64,000 nt of DNA from Setoptus koraiensis (GCA_048013815.1 CM106586.1:23870001-23934000), one strand, 5' to 3'. Shown: positions 50,681-63,629, counted from the stretch's first letter. Notes: generated by a model not told the origin, from the letters alone. Numbers and translations: made by a program.

Positions 50681-51180
50681 NNNNNNNNNNNNNNNNNNNN
50701 NNNNNNNNNNNNNNNNNNNNNNNNNNNNNNNNNNNNNNNNNNNNNNNNNNNNNNNNNNNNNNNNNNNNNNNNNNNNNNNNNNNNNNNNNNNNNNNNNNNN
50801 NNNNNNNNNNNNNNNNNNNNNNNNNNNNNNNNNNNNNNNNNNNNNNNNNNNNNNNNNNNNNNNNNNNNNNNNNNNNNNNNNNNNNNNNNNNNNNNNNNNN
50901 NNNNNNNNNNNNNNNNNNNNNNNNNNNNNNNNNNNNNNNNNNNNNNNNNNNNNNNNNNNNNNNNNNNNNNNNNNNNNNNNNNNNNNNNNNNNNNNNNNNN
51001 NNNNNNNNNNNNNNNNNNNNNNNNNNNNNNNNNNNNNNNNNNNNNNNNNNNNNNNNNNNNNNNNNNNNNNNNNNNNNNNNNNNNNNNNNNNNNNNNNNNN
51101 NNNNNNNNNNNNNNNNNNNNNNNNNNNNNNNNNNNNNNNNNNNNNNNNNNNNNNNNNNNNNNNNNNNNNNNNNNNNNNNN
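50681..51180. other. Assembly gap (500 N)
   Basis: Run of N from 50681 to 51180. Confidence 1.
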
Positions 51181-52047
51181 TACCTGTTTGACCATGTTTA
51201 TATTAGGTCTGTTTATGTGCACTCAAGCGGGATTATATATATTGCAATTATTGGACAATTACTGTGGTACACTGTCCGCGATGACAATCGGATTATTGGA
51301 AACAATAGTTATATCATGGGTTTATGGTATGGAAAATTTCATGCAAGACATTGAGGACATGATTGGCAGCCACAAAAGTCTATTTCCATCTAGATCTTAT
51401 TGGTATTTCATGTGGCGCTTCTTAACACCGAGCGTTCTCTTCGTAAGTATTTTATCAATCTGATTATTTTCAATAGTTCTTACCTTAATATTTAGCGTCT
51501 AATCAAATCCGTACCATTATTATTACTTTTATTATTGTATGAATGAATGTAGGCCATACTACTATTCTCAGTGTTAGATTTGCCGTTACTTGTTTACGGT
51601 CAATACACTTTTCCTTTGTGGACTTCACGCTTTGGTATAACTCTTTGGCTGTTCACCATATCAATCATACCTATTATGGCCGTAATTAGATTTATTCTGG
51701 CACCTAATGGATCTCTATCAGAGCGTCTACTTTATTTGTGTAGACCAAGCGAGGATTGGGCCCCGTCTACCTATATAAGCGGGCCAAAATTAATCAATAA
51801 GCACATCATAGATTCAAACGACTATCATAATCGTCTATCGTCCGGTGAATCAGGTCTATCGTCTAATTTAAATCACGCAAATAATTCTCAGATGCCATTG
51901 TCTAGCGGTTACGACTGTCACGATGACGACCAAGAGAGCAATGACTCTAACGAAGATTTAAAAGTTATAGACGGCAAGGCTAATTACATAATACCTGAAG
52001 AGGATGAAAACGATAACGATACTGCGCTTTTAACTAGTAATGTCTAA
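51181..52047 (+). CDS. SLC6 sodium:neurotransmitter/amino-acid symporter, 3' part (5' lost in gap); exons <51181-51442 and 51553-52047
   Basis: LGLFMCTQAGLYILQLLDNYCG..LLETIVISWVYGMENFMQDIEDMIG..YWYFMWRFLTP|..YGQYTFPLW..G..I.IIP matches SLC6 TM10-12. Confidence 0.88.
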
Positions 52048-53039
52048 CTATAATTCGAGCCATGATCGTATTATATCAACCATATGAACAATTAAGTTAA
52101 GTAAAACAACTCTGTTCAATGAATCATTTAGCGCGTTTTTAATGTTCTGATCACATCGTTGTTGAATTTGATGGAATTTAAATGAATTGAATAAGAAAAA
52201 CATCAGTGCATTGCTAAAATATATCACCATTAGCGTGTTTGCTGATGATTAAATGACGTATACCTTGTTACAAGCCTAATAGGTTTGGTTGTTTATAGTT
52301 TTTGTGAACTGTGTGTAGGAAATCTTTTGATTTTCTGGAATATTACTGTCTACACTGGTCAATTGTTGGTGTCAATCAATGTCAATGGCCCTTAGTCATG
52401 TTTGATCAGACCAAGAGATCTATCCGGATAAGTCATACAGTTAGCAAGGACTTTATTTACTGTTACTTTCTATTGACTGTCAAAATACTCAACAAGTATC
52501 ATATTTTCATCGATTGCGAGCCTTAGATTGTGTAAAAGCTACCTCTACAGCATCAGAAATGAGATTGCCATACGTTTGACGAGCGATAACTCGTCATCAA
52601 TTTTCTTATCGATGTCATCAGCAAAGTATCGATAAATATTAGTTATATCAACAATGCACCTATCTAGAAACATTCATCGGAAGTGTGAGATACAAGTTTT
52701 GTAGATCAGGTTCAGATTATATTGGGGAGTGGCATTGAATATAATTGAAGATATTTCATCGAGATATAAATACCTTGACACTAAACTACGTCTCATGTGA
52801 ACATCGACGCTTTGAGTTTGGCGCACACAGTAGTAATGACTAAATGCATCTAGTCATACAGATCTAGACAATATATATATGTATATAAACACATATATTT
52901 ATTGTTTGACAAGTTCATTTGACATACCAGTTGCAATTGTGAGAGCTTCCCTATAGCTCACCTCAAAACACAGCACTTATCAATTCACAATTTTCATAGT
53001 TAAAACAAGCCACACACGAAAACAAATTAAACTCATATC

Positions 53040-53990
53040 ATGTCCACCGATAATTTTATCCCACAAGATGACTCGTTATTAAGACAGAGTAGTTACGACA
53101 ATGATTGTGCCTTATTACCCGAAGAACTGACTGAAATACCTACATATAAAGATAGTAAGCCGTGTGACAGCAAATTGATAGCCGAAACAAGGACTCGACT
53201 GTCAGAAAGTTTTGATGAACGGCCAGAGAATTTTTACAAGTTTGACATTGACTTGCTTCTACATGACGATTGGTCTATATCGAGATTCCTCTTGAGATGT
53301 AGATCGGATCCTAAGAAGACAGTGAAATTAATCGAAGAATGTGGCAAATTCAGAAAGCAATTCAAGATGGGCGAAGCCCAATTATGTGATTTCCCAAGAG
53401 AGATACACGAAGTAGGAGGACTATTCAGATACGCTCCAGACAGAGTTGGTAATATTACATTTTGGATGAGGGTTCGCCATCACAGACGATGCTCTGAGCT
53501 AACCACCATCATGAAACAATTTTTATTGTGCGTCCTCGAAGATTGTGATAAAGTTAGTAAAGGAAGAGGCGTAGCTGTTGTGTTTGATCTCTCGGATTGT
53601 GGCATCAAAAACGCTGATCCAGCATTCTTATACTGGCTTTTGACCTCATTTAGAGACTATTGCCCGAAGGGTCTGAGCTACATATTGGTCTACAACTTGC
53701 CTTGGGTATTACGTGCCACATGCCAATTGGCCTTGTCTTGGATGAGTGCCACAAACAAGAAGCGCCTACGTTTCATCAATAATGATGAGATACTGACATT
53801 CATCGCGGAAGAAAATTTGCCAGATTTTGCTGGTGGCACATGCCAAGAAGATTACAGACGCGTGCCAGACCATTGTAAATCAGTTGCCAAGTTTTTGGAC
53901 GGCGACGGTCTGATACGGATCAATGAAAAGACTATCAAAAAGATAGAGGAGACCCATCGGCGTGTTATGGAAGCCGAGAACCAACTATGA
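53040..53990 (+). CDS. CRAL-TRIO (SEC14-like, MOSPD2-type) lipid-binding protein, single exon, 316 aa
   Basis: DDWSISRFLLRCR, GGLFRYAPDRVGN, VVFDLSDCGIKNAD, DYCPKGLSYILVYNLPW, FIAEENLPDFAGG. Confidence 0.88.
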   Translation: MSTDNFIPQDDSLLRQSSYDNDCALLPEELTEIPTYKDSKPCDSKLIAETRTRLSESFDERPENFYKFDIDLLLHDDWSISRFLLRCRSDPKKTVKLIEECGKFRKQFKMGEAQLCDFPREIHEVGGLFRYAPDRVGNITFWMRVRHHRRCSELTTIMKQFLLCVLEDCDKVSKGRGVAVVFDLSDCGIKNADPAFLYWLLTSFRDYCPKGLSYILVYNLPWVLRATCQLALSWMSATNKKRLRFINNDEILTFIAEENLPDFAGGTCQEDYRRVPDHCKSVAKFLDGDGLIRINEKTIKKIEETHRRVMEAENQL

Positions 53991-54694
53991 GACATGTTGA
54001 GCTTGAGTTTTAATTAGTTATGCAAACATAACACTTGTAACCATCGCCTTTTATTAGGAACCATTTTTAGCTTGTGTATTCTGTGAATACCTTTATGAAT
54101 GAATAAACACCAAATAAACCACCAAACTATTCTGCATGATCATTTCCGTCGATCGTCTTGGGCTGTCACTAATCTACTTCTTCTAGTCCTTTTCCACTTT
54201 GCTCACTCACTGTCTCCGCTATCTTCATACGGCGCTATGTTACATGACCTGGCTTGGAAAATTTGGTAATTCAACGAGCCATACTTCGTGTGGTGTGTCA
54301 ATTAGTATCAAAAGCAATATTCTTGGATCAATGTTCACCATTATACTGATGAATATGACATAATATGTCATGAGAAACCGTAACAATGGTGTTTGAACTT
54401 CTAGCTCCGAGGTACCGACTAACGCTTTTCATCAAAAATCCCTGTAAACTGCTCAGATCCTCCTGCCTGCAGAGGAACTCGAATATCGCGCCCATCTGTT
54501 GCCGCATGCAGAAATACTGTACGTATTTTCTCGCCTTGTTGACAATTCTCAACGTCCATCTCAACACGCATCAGCCCATTCCCGAATCTCTACAAATTCT
54601 TATATTTATTGCCTATCTACTCGAGATTGTTGTATATTTTTAAAATAATTTTATTTTTTGCGTGTAGAGATCAAAGTGGAATTTAATTTGCTCC

Positions 54695-55702
54695 ATGGAT
54701 TTACTGACAGCAACGGACGTGCCCTGGATCGAGAAATATCGTCCCAACACTCTCGATGATCTGGCCTCGCACGAGGATATCAAGAGCACCTTGGAGAGAT
54801 TCATGAAAGATCAAAGTTTGCCACATCTACTATTCTACGGACCGCCTGGTACAGGCAAGACCTCTACAATTTTGGCCTGCGCCAGAAAGTTGTATGAACC
54901 ACATCAATTTGGTCAGATGGTACTAGAGATGAACGCTTCAGATGATCGTGGTATTGGTATTGTTAGGGGACCAATATTGAATTTTGCCAGCTCAAGGAGC
55001 ATATTCAAGTCTAAGTTCAAATTGGTGATATTAGATGAGGCTGATCAAATGACTCAAGATGCCCAAAATGCCCTTAGGAGAATTATTGAAAAGTACACTG
55101 AAAACACTAGATTCTGTCTGATCTCTAACTACCTCAATAAGATTATACCCGCTATACAGTCGCGTTGCACAAGGTTTAGATTTGGACCCTTGTCACCCGC
55201 TCAGATTACTCCTCGCATGGATCTGATAATCGAAAATGAACAACTAAACATAACACCTGGGGGCCGTCAAGCTATTCTTGAGATGGCCCAAGGTGACATG
55301 AGGCGCGTGGTCAATTTATTACAATCGACTTCAATGACATTCAATGAACAAACCATAGATGAGATTAAGGTTTATCAATGTTGCGGACATCCACTTAGAT
55401 CAGACATTGAGAAGATTTTGAAAGTTTTACTGGCTTATGACTTGAGAGATGCCTACAAGATTATAAATGAAATAAAGATTGAGAAAGGTTTGGCATTGCA
55501 GGATATTATTACTCAAATCTCCAATTATGTTAAAGAGATAGAATTGCCCAACAAGGACGAGACCACCATCAGAAAGATAAAAGTAGATATAATCATCAAA
55601 TTGGCCGATATTGAGTTTCATCTTAGTAACGGAGGTTCAGAAAAGATTTATCTTTCCGCGATGATTGGTGCATTCCAAGGAGCTCGTGCCATCAGAGCTT
55701 AG
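54695..55702 (+). CDS. RFC5: Replication factor C subunit 5, single exon, 335 aa
   Basis: [77 protein letters not shown]. Confidence 0.93.
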   Translation: MDLLTATDVPWIEKYRPNTLDDLASHEDIKSTLERFMKDQSLPHLLFYGPPGTGKTSTILACARKLYEPHQFGQMVLEMNASDDRGIGIVRGPILNFASSRSIFKSKFKLVILDEADQMTQDAQNALRRIIEKYTENTRFCLISNYLNKIIPAIQSRCTRFRFGPLSPAQITPRMDLIIENEQLNITPGGRQAILEMAQGDMRRVVNLLQSTSMTFNEQTIDEIKVYQCCGHPLRSDIEKILKVLLAYDLRDAYKIINEIKIEKGLALQDIITQISNYVKEIELPNKDETTIRKIKVDIIIKLADIEFHLSNGGSEKIYLSAMIGAFQGARAIRA

Positions 55703-56224
55703 AGAAGACACCATTTCTCAAGCTCCACAAACGAATTCAATAAATCAATGCCGAGTCCAACTCATGTAGATGGTTGAAACGCTTGTAGCGAGTTCCCTGA
55801 TGTTACTTTCATAATTTTACTAATTGCTTGATTCATATAAAAACTGGATAAACTGTGTTACCTCTGTGGATTGATACACGAAAATGATAGAATGATAAGA
55901 AGCTACTTTCAATTCCTTACCGAAGCAATGCATCACCATTTCTTCAGGCTATTAACGCTTCTACTACTCATGCCTGGTCTCTCCGTGCCATCTGTAAGCA
56001 GAAAAAGTAGCTTGGAAACGAAAAATAAACAAACCATTTGTCACGAGTAAGCGCGTGTTCATCTCCAGAAGCGCCACATGATAATTCTCTTTTACTATAC
56101 ATTGCTTTATGCAATTTAAACTAATACCGAAAGACCATCCGATAGATTTATCCAACATCTAGTGAAAATTAAATATATTCATGGTCGATCAAAGTTCAGT
56201 AATTGTGATGAGCCAGTAAATAAC

Positions 56225-57544
56225 ATGCATACTTTCATCAAAATTCTGTGTCCTGTCATTTTCCTTTTTCTCTTCGCCTGCTTAACATCAAATTATATCT
56301 TCAACGATCTTCCAAGAAAAGCAAGATTACCAAGATATTCAGAATTGGAGACGAAACAGATAGAAGATAGAATAGCCTACCTTGAGCAAGAGTTAGGCAG
56401 AAAAAAACTGGCTGATGAAAGGGTTAAATCAACTCAAGAGGCATCGGTTGCATCTACAACGCACATCACCGAGAATCAACCTGATCAATTACATAATGAA
56501 TATTATGTCGAGGAACATGTAATAGACCAAAATAGCCTAAAACCATTATATTTTACTGATGGCAAGCCATCAACTGTTAAGTACCTTGCCATAAATCATC
56601 TGCCCGAGAACAAACGCAAGAAAATCTTAGTCACAGGAGGAGCGGGTTTTGTGGGAAGTCATTTGGTGGATTATCTGATGCAATCCGGGCACGAAGTAAC
56701 AGTTGTGGATAACTTCTTTACAGGGCGAAAAATAAATATTCTACATTGGATTGGACATCCAAACTTTGAATTCTTACACCATGACGTAACCAATCCATTG
56801 TTCATTGAGGTAGATGAAATTTATCATCTAGCCTCGCCCGCCTCTCCAAAACATTATATGTCGAATCCTATAAGAACAATCAAAACAAATAGTGTAGGCA
56901 CAATGAACATGCTTGGATTAGCCAAACGTGTAGGCGCTAAAATACTGATTGCATCAAGTAGTGAAGTATATGGCGATCCCACAGTGCATCCCCAAACAGA
57001 GTCGTATTTTGGTAATGTCAACACAATGGGTCCACGATCTTGTTATGACGAGGGCAAGAGAATTGCCGAAGCGTTATCATACGCTTATATTCACCAAGAG
57101 AATTTAACTGTGAAAGTGGCACGAATCTTCAATACTTATGGCCCCAGAATGCACTCCAATGATGGCAGAGTGATTTCCAATTTTATCTACCAGGCGTTGA
57201 AGAATGAATCGCTCACAGTGTATGGCTTAGGTATTCAGACGCGATCATTTCAATATGTCAGTGACTTAGTTTTTGGTCTTGTAAATCTTATGAATAGTAA
57301 TGCAACAACGCCAGTAAATCTTGGCAATCCAGATGAATACAAAATTGTTGATTTGGCCAAATTCATTAAAGTTCTAATCCCCGAATCCACAAGTAACCTA
57401 ATATACGCATCCAGCGTTCAGGACGATCCCAAAAGACGCCGACCGGACATAACAAAAGCGATGCGTGATCTAAATTGGTCTCCAAAAGTTAATTTGAGGG
57501 ACGGATTGATTAAAACTATAGCCTATTTCAGACAACAAATTTGA
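56225..57544 (+). CDS. UXS1: UDP-glucuronic acid decarboxylase 1 (UDP-xylose synthase), type II membrane SDR
   Basis: N-terminal TM segment; ILVTGGAGFVGSHLVD, YHLASPASP, ASSSEVYGDP, RSCYDEGKR, DDPKRRRPDI. First ATG at 56225; the frame is open from 56162. Confidence 0.94.
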   Translation: MHTFIKILCPVIFLFLFACLTSNYIFNDLPRKARLPRYSELETKQIEDRIAYLEQELGRKKLADERVKSTQEASVASTTHITENQPDQLHNEYYVEEHVIDQNSLKPLYFTDGKPSTVKYLAINHLPENKRKKILVTGGAGFVGSHLVDYLMQSGHEVTVVDNFFTGRKINILHWIGHPNFEFLHHDVTNPLFIEVDEIYHLASPASPKHYMSNPIRTIKTNSVGTMNMLGLAKRVGAKILIASSSEVYGDPTVHPQTESYFGNVNTMGPRSCYDEGKRIAEALSYAYIHQENLTVKVARIFNTYGPRMHSNDGRVISNFIYQALKNESLTVYGLGIQTRSFQYVSDLVFGLVNLMNSNATTPVNLGNPDEYKIVDLAKFIKVLIPESTSNLIYASSVQDDPKRRRPDITKAMRDLNWSPKVNLRDGLIKTIAYFRQQI

Positions 57545-58005
57545 ATGTTAATAGATTGAATGTTGTTATTTGTTAACAGTATTACAGTAACTGATGTAAC
57601 TATAACGATGAATAATTGACAATGACTGATTATAATGGTATTCTGTACTGTATCATGACATGAATCCCGCGTCCGACGGTGTTCGCAAAGCTCTTAAGCA
57701 TGCGTAATGGCTTAACCATATGTTACTGTTTACCTTGTCCATAGAGTAAAACGAAGCATCTAGGTCAAATAAAATAGAGTACGCGTAAAAGATAGACAAA
57801 CAGACAGACGCACACATATCTGTCACATTATATGAACATAATAATAGAAATAAATTACAAATTAAACTGTATCCTCATTTACAGTCTTGTCAATTGAAGT
57901 CCTTATGTAAAGAACAAGCTGTTTTTATTTGTAGTTAGTTTTATCAATAATTGGAATATCTCAGCTATTTTAGTTTATAGAAACAGAAAACTCGTTAATT
58001 TCACG

Positions 58006-59884
58006 ATGATCAGGTGAGTAAAGCTTAGATTGTTTCCTATCAACGATATCGGTGTTGCCAAAATTATAATTATAACTATTCAATTCTTTCAATGATTTAG
58101 CCAAGGTTTACACGGTAGAAGCTATGATGCATTTGTAAGCAGTCAGCAGACTTACAATGACGATGAAGTCACGAGTAAGATACAAGAAAAATACTGGCTG
58201 GCCAAACAGAAGTTTTTGGAAAAGATAAAAAAGAAGGAGGATGAATGTGTTGTGTTAAGTGATTCAAAACTGGACGCAAAACTTGAGGTAATCCAATGAG
58301 ATCTTAACTAATTGTTTAATCTGAACTGACTGAAATCTCTTTAAGTTATAACTAACTATATCTGTATCACAACTCTTTCATTTTGATCTTGATTAGGTAT
58401 TACGTGGCATAGATAAAAGTTGCGAAAAATTGATTGATGTTTTAGATATGTACCAGAACTGTTTATATGTGTTAGCGAACGATGAAAATTCATTGGGGAG
58501 ATACTTGCGCGATTGTAGCAAACAAGATAAAACGAAGGCGGGAAAAATCTTAGAAACAACAGGGAAAGCTTTTACATTTTCATCACATCAAAGGATTCAA
58601 TTATATGCACCATTATTAAGATTGTATCACGAAATAGAGACTTTTCATTCCAGAGCAGTAGATGACACAAACACCACTGTGGACAAACTGGAGAAATCGC
58701 GAACTCATTATCGCGCCTCACTACTATCAATGAAGGATGTTAGCTTGAAATTGGATCCAGATACGTTCAGACAATTGGAGAAATTTCGCAAGGTTCAGAC
58801 TCAAGTGAAAAATAATAAAAGCTCATTCGATAAGCTTCAATTGGACACATTCCAAAAAATCGATTTACTTATGGCTTCCAGGTGCAATTTGCTAAATCAA
58901 ATATTAGCTGGTTATCAGTCTTCTCTACTACAGACATTCGAAAAGAACATGAAAGCTTTCTCCAATTCAGAGGCAGTAATACAAGCTGTGAATGTGCATG
59001 AATACGAATTCAAAACATTGAAAGAGCTCAATTATTTCAAATCTGATTCAGTTGATGAAGAACATCAAGAGCGAACACAGGTACCAAGTTCGGGTCAAAG
59101 TTATGATTCTTGTTCAGAGGTCAAGACAGATGGAAATGGTGATAGAGAGATAGAAACAGATTTACTAGTGGCCATCGATAGCAGCGAAACTCCTGATGAT
59201 AAAGTCCAAAACAGTTCAGACTCAAATACTGTCAAATCATCGAATCTTCTTGAAGATCTATATACAACAGAACAAACTCTGTTGGGCGATCTGAGCAAGA
59301 TGGATGACGAACTAACAGAGTTCTTGTCTAGTAAAAATCAGTCTTCATCATCAACGTCGAACAATAACAACAAAGCTCAAACAAACATCCAACAAAAATC
59401 GTCGGATCTTCTGCAAGAGCTATACTCGAATGAGGAAACGCCGTCTGACAATTCCGGAAGTAAGGTTAACGACGATTTGACTGAGTTTTTGAGTAGTATA
59501 AATTCGCCGGCACCGACAACGTCATCAACATGCAAGACTGATGGAACAGACATCGCTCATGAGTCATCGACGGATCTTCTCAAAACTTTATATACAGATG
59601 AGTGTACGTTATTTGATGATTTGTGCAAGATGAATGACGATTTATCTGGGTTTTTGGGTGATAAAAACCAGTTGCCGGCGTCAACGTCGACAGATCAAGC
59701 AAACATTGAAAATATGTCCTCTTCAGATCTGTTAACTGATCTTTGTTCCGACGTTAATAATGGTCAGAAAGAGACCAGCAAAAAACATAACGAAAATTAT
59801 CTGTTTGGAAGTATGAGTGCCGACGCCAGCGCGGAGAGTTTTATCAACGATCTGCTGGGCTCATCTGACACTGATAAATTGTAA
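58006..59884 (+). CDS. ICA1: Islet cell autoantigen 1 (ICA69, arfaptin-type BAR domain); exons 58006-58013, 58101-58287, 58397-59884
   Basis: KIQEKYWLAKQK..KKEDECVVLSDSKLDAKLE, QRIQLYAPLLRLYHEIETF..RAVDDT, LDPDTFRQLEKFRKVQ, QKIDLLMASRCNLL. Confidence 0.9.
59237..59760 (+). repeat. Degenerate coding tandem repeat (~153-168 nt, 3 full units plus 1 partial) in the ICA69 tail
   Basis: Units start at 59237, 59399, 59567 and 59720, with consensus S(S/T)(D/N)LL..LY..E.T..D...K.(N/D)D.LT.FL....Q...ST. Confidence 0.85.
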
Positions 59885-60359
59885 TTGTGCTGCTTTGCGT
59901 AGCTTGTGTGTGTCTGCACGATAATTTGAATAAAATTCACTTGCATGCATCTATCTCGACTATTACTGGTGATCGGTTAGTGATTGAAGCCCTTGTTATA
60001 CCTGATGTAACTTGTGTTACACCTGATGTAGGTTGTGTTGTAACGAGCTCGCCATGAGGCATTGGTTGTTTGTGTAAAGAGTAGCAATGAGAAATAATAA
60101 GCATTTTCACTTACGATCTACAGAAATGACGCGCAAGACAGCAAAAGTTAGCGCTCAATGCACGCATTATTGCATGATGAGAGCTTGCGAATGAGCGAGA
60201 GCGTTTAATTGAGTTAGAGAACAGTGATTCGAATGGGTGCGCACTCAGACTAGAGGAGCCCGGAGAGCGCAATAGCAATGATGGCCTAGATATTGCATTG
60301 ATCAAAAGAACATTCGCTCCCTTCGCTGTTCATGCAATAACCTCTCTCTTTCTCTCTTT

Positions 60360-60415
60360 TGTGTGTGTGTGTGTGCGTGTGTGTGTGTGTGCGTGTGTGT
60401 GTGTGTGAGTGTGAG

Positions 60416-60469
<54 letters not shown>

Positions 60470-60493
60470 TGTGTGTGTGTGTGTGTGTGTGTG
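60360..60493. repeat. Compound (TG)n microsatellite
   Basis: Direct inspection; a shorter (TG)n lies at ~60640-60662. Confidence 0.95.
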
Positions 60494-61119
60494 CACTTTA
60501 TTTAGAATGGTGTTTATACGCTGCTATCGCTGTTACCATCACCACTAGGGCCAACTACTGGTACATATACCATACACCACTGGTACAGCGTATAGCATCG
60601 GCATCATATAGTCTGTGCCAGTAACAGTGAGAGTGCGAGTGAGTGTGTGTGTGTGTGTGTGTCTTGTGTTATGCCTTGAGCCTTCTTCGCTGTTGGCGCC
60701 CACATTCACAATATATATATATATATAATATATATATATACTATATATACATGATGTATATGTGTTTGTGTAACGCATTCATAACAACAACTGCAACACA
60801 AAACGACCGCTAACAATTGGCCCCACAACCCCCACCCCTTACATCATCACACAAAATGGTTCTCATGTTAAAATGTCCAACGTTAGAACAATAATGGATG
60901 TTTGTTATTATTATCAGTATTATTATCGCTCTATTATTATACTCAAACTCAAGATATTTGGTTAAACGATGCCCCAGATGACATTACATATTCAATCATA
61001 ATCCCACATATTACCAGCACCGACTAATAGCTATAGCTCCTACTATCAATAATTACGTATGACTTAGTGCCTTTAGTATATAATTCCATCGTCACTATTA
61101 CTGATACCATACATCTATA

Positions 61120-61215
61120 CGCATATTTATATATATATATAAACATTTATATATATATATATATAGGTTTGTATATATATCTATATATACACATCTGTAT
61201 ATATATATATATATG
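61120..61215. repeat. Interrupted (AT)n tract (similar tracts at ~60710-60750 and ~61767-61812)
   Basis: Direct inspection. Confidence 0.85.
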
Positions 61216-62033
61216 CAAAAAAGATATTCGGGTGTATATATGGTCATTTATGTCGAATCTCTATTACACATATAGAGTTAGCAAAGTACAGACACATTGC
61301 AAGAAAAGAATCTAGTCATATGAATAATAAGATATTAGCGATTGTTAGGACAAGATTTCATGTTGGTGGAAGCTTTTTTTCAACCACCACTGACAGATTC
61401 CGAGCAACCAACTGCCATTACATAACTATAGCAAACAACAACATTTTTTTAAAACCACCATTACATACATATGCTGATGATATACCGTAACCAATATACT
61501 CAACAATATTTGATACCTAAGAATATCGAACGAACCAACCAGTTTTCATTGAACGAATTTGTATACATTTGGAGGAGAGCTTTATATATATATATTATTG
61601 TTAAACTATTTCACCTATATTATTATTGCGCAATCATTTTACATATTAATTGGTACCAACTACACTGGACAATTAGTCAACAACTAGTCAATAGAAGACT
61701 CAAATCACTTTTGCATTTCACTCACAATAAGACGCTTCATTTGCACACTCTACATTGAACATAACACATATATAAATATATATATATATATATATTTATA
61801 TTTAAATATATATAGACGTCATCTATAGTATTGCCCACATCATTCATAGATGGTAGATTCTATAATTAAATGACAATTCTTTTTTTAGTAGCTTCTTGAA
61901 ACTCCTAGGCAACCAAGGAGCAAGAACAATTGATCTCACACATCAAACAATATCAAGTTTATTATTAGAGTATATTTCAATACTCAACACATAGAAACTT
62001 CGATTGTAACTCGAAATACATTCTAGCAAAACA

Positions 62034-63467
62034 ATGACGAAGGATAGACTAGCCGCCCTCAAGGCTGTAAGTATACTAGAAAAGTTTCAAGCGATCGCAC
62101 GACAGTGCTATAGCGACTAAGATGCTCCAAATATCTGATTAATATTTCCAATCTGTTTTCTAACCATCCAAACTATTTTTTCTCTCGTAAACTTTTTTGC
62201 TTAGGCCCAGCCTGAGGACGATGATGTAGTCATAGGTATGGACGAGAGAAGGAGTTATATGGAAGATTTTTTCAAAGAAGTCGAGGATATACGTGAGAAC
62301 ATATCACGGATGCAAGAAAATGTTGAAGAAGTTAAGAAGACGCACTCCGCCATTTTATCTGCGCCTCAAACTGACGAAAAAGTTAAACAGCATCTAGAAG
62401 ATATGATGGCCGATATTAAGAAAAGTGCTAATCGAGTTAGAGCCAAACTAAAACGTGAGTTTTCAATCACTATAGTACACTATAATTAGTTACATTACAA
62501 TGAATAACATTGAGTTGACATATCGAATATTTGATCTACAATCTTTCAACCATCATCAATTAAATCTGAATAGAAATGGAACAAGGAATAGAACAACTCG
62601 AGCAAACAAATATGATGAGTGCAGAATTTCGAATAAGAAAGACCCAACATTCGATGTTGAGTCAAAAATTTGTTGAAGTTATGACAGACTATAATAAAAC
62701 CCAAACAGATTACCGTGAACGATGTAAAGCTAGAATTCAACGCCAACTAGAGATAACTGGTAGATCTACAACGACCGAGGAAGTAGAGGAAATGTTAGAA
62801 AGTGGCAATCCTGCCATATTCACTCAAGGTGTAAGTATCTGAACCAGAACACTGAATAACACTTTATGACTTACTTTTCACTCTTCTAACTGATACTAAT
62901 GAATGTTTACATTTGATGGCCCATCCTTAGATCATGACTGACACGCAACAAGCAAAACAAACACTAGCAGATATAGAAGCCAGGCATGCAGATATAATCA
63001 AATTAGAAAATAGTATCAGAGAACTACACGATATGTTTATGGACATGGCTATGCTTGTTGAAAGTCAGGTAAGAACTTCTCCTATAACCTAGTAGACATG
63101 TAATCATTGAAAACATTTTCTAACTTTCTATCCGCCATAATGATCTATATAGGGTGAAATGATTGACAGGATTGAATTCCATGTTTCTGGAGCCCTTGAA
63201 TACGTTGAAGAAGCTGTTAAAGATACAAAGAAGGCTATGGAATATCAAAGGAAAGCGAGAAGGGTAAGTTGGTTTCAGATTTATTTTCAATGTGATGAGT
63301 CGCAGTTTGAACTACTTTTTGATGATCGAAATCAACTAATCACTTAATTCAACCTTATTTCTCCCTAAACATCGATACCATAGAAACAAATATGTATATT
63401 TGTATGTATTCTGATAGTTTTAGCTATGTTTTTGTCAATTGGTTCAGCTTTAATTCCAGGATTATAA
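62034..63467 (+). CDS. Syx1A: Syntaxin-1A; exons 62034-62066, 62205-62454, 62574-62830, 62931-63068, 63153-63263, 63384-63467
   Basis: [99 protein letters not shown], and a C-terminal TM segment. All junctions are GT-AG and in frame. Confidence 0.96.
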
Positions 63468-63629
63468 TTTTAATAAATTTTAAGGATTTTAATTTTAGCT
63501 AAAACCACATCGCCTGAAGGTTTTATAGAAAAATAAAGCTTAATCAATTAGTGTGAGATACCTCGACTAGTTGTCCCATCATTTCGAACATAATCCTCAC
63601 TTGAGAAACCCACAGAAAGAAGTTTGATG

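Noticed and set aside
55860-56160. Splice-like signals and a signal-peptide-like frame between RFC5 and UXS1, including a TGA that could be read as selenocysteine
   Set aside because: All candidate exon frames stop quickly, there is no selenoprotein motif or SECIS, and it is most simply the UXS1 5' region.
57640-57690. tRNA-like 3' end (GAATCCCGCGTCCGAC)
   Set aside because: No TTC T-loop, no D-arm or A-box, and no acceptor-stem partner.
60302-61315. HTHT/CVCV/YIYI ORFs
   Set aside because: These are translations of (TG)n and (AT)n tracts.
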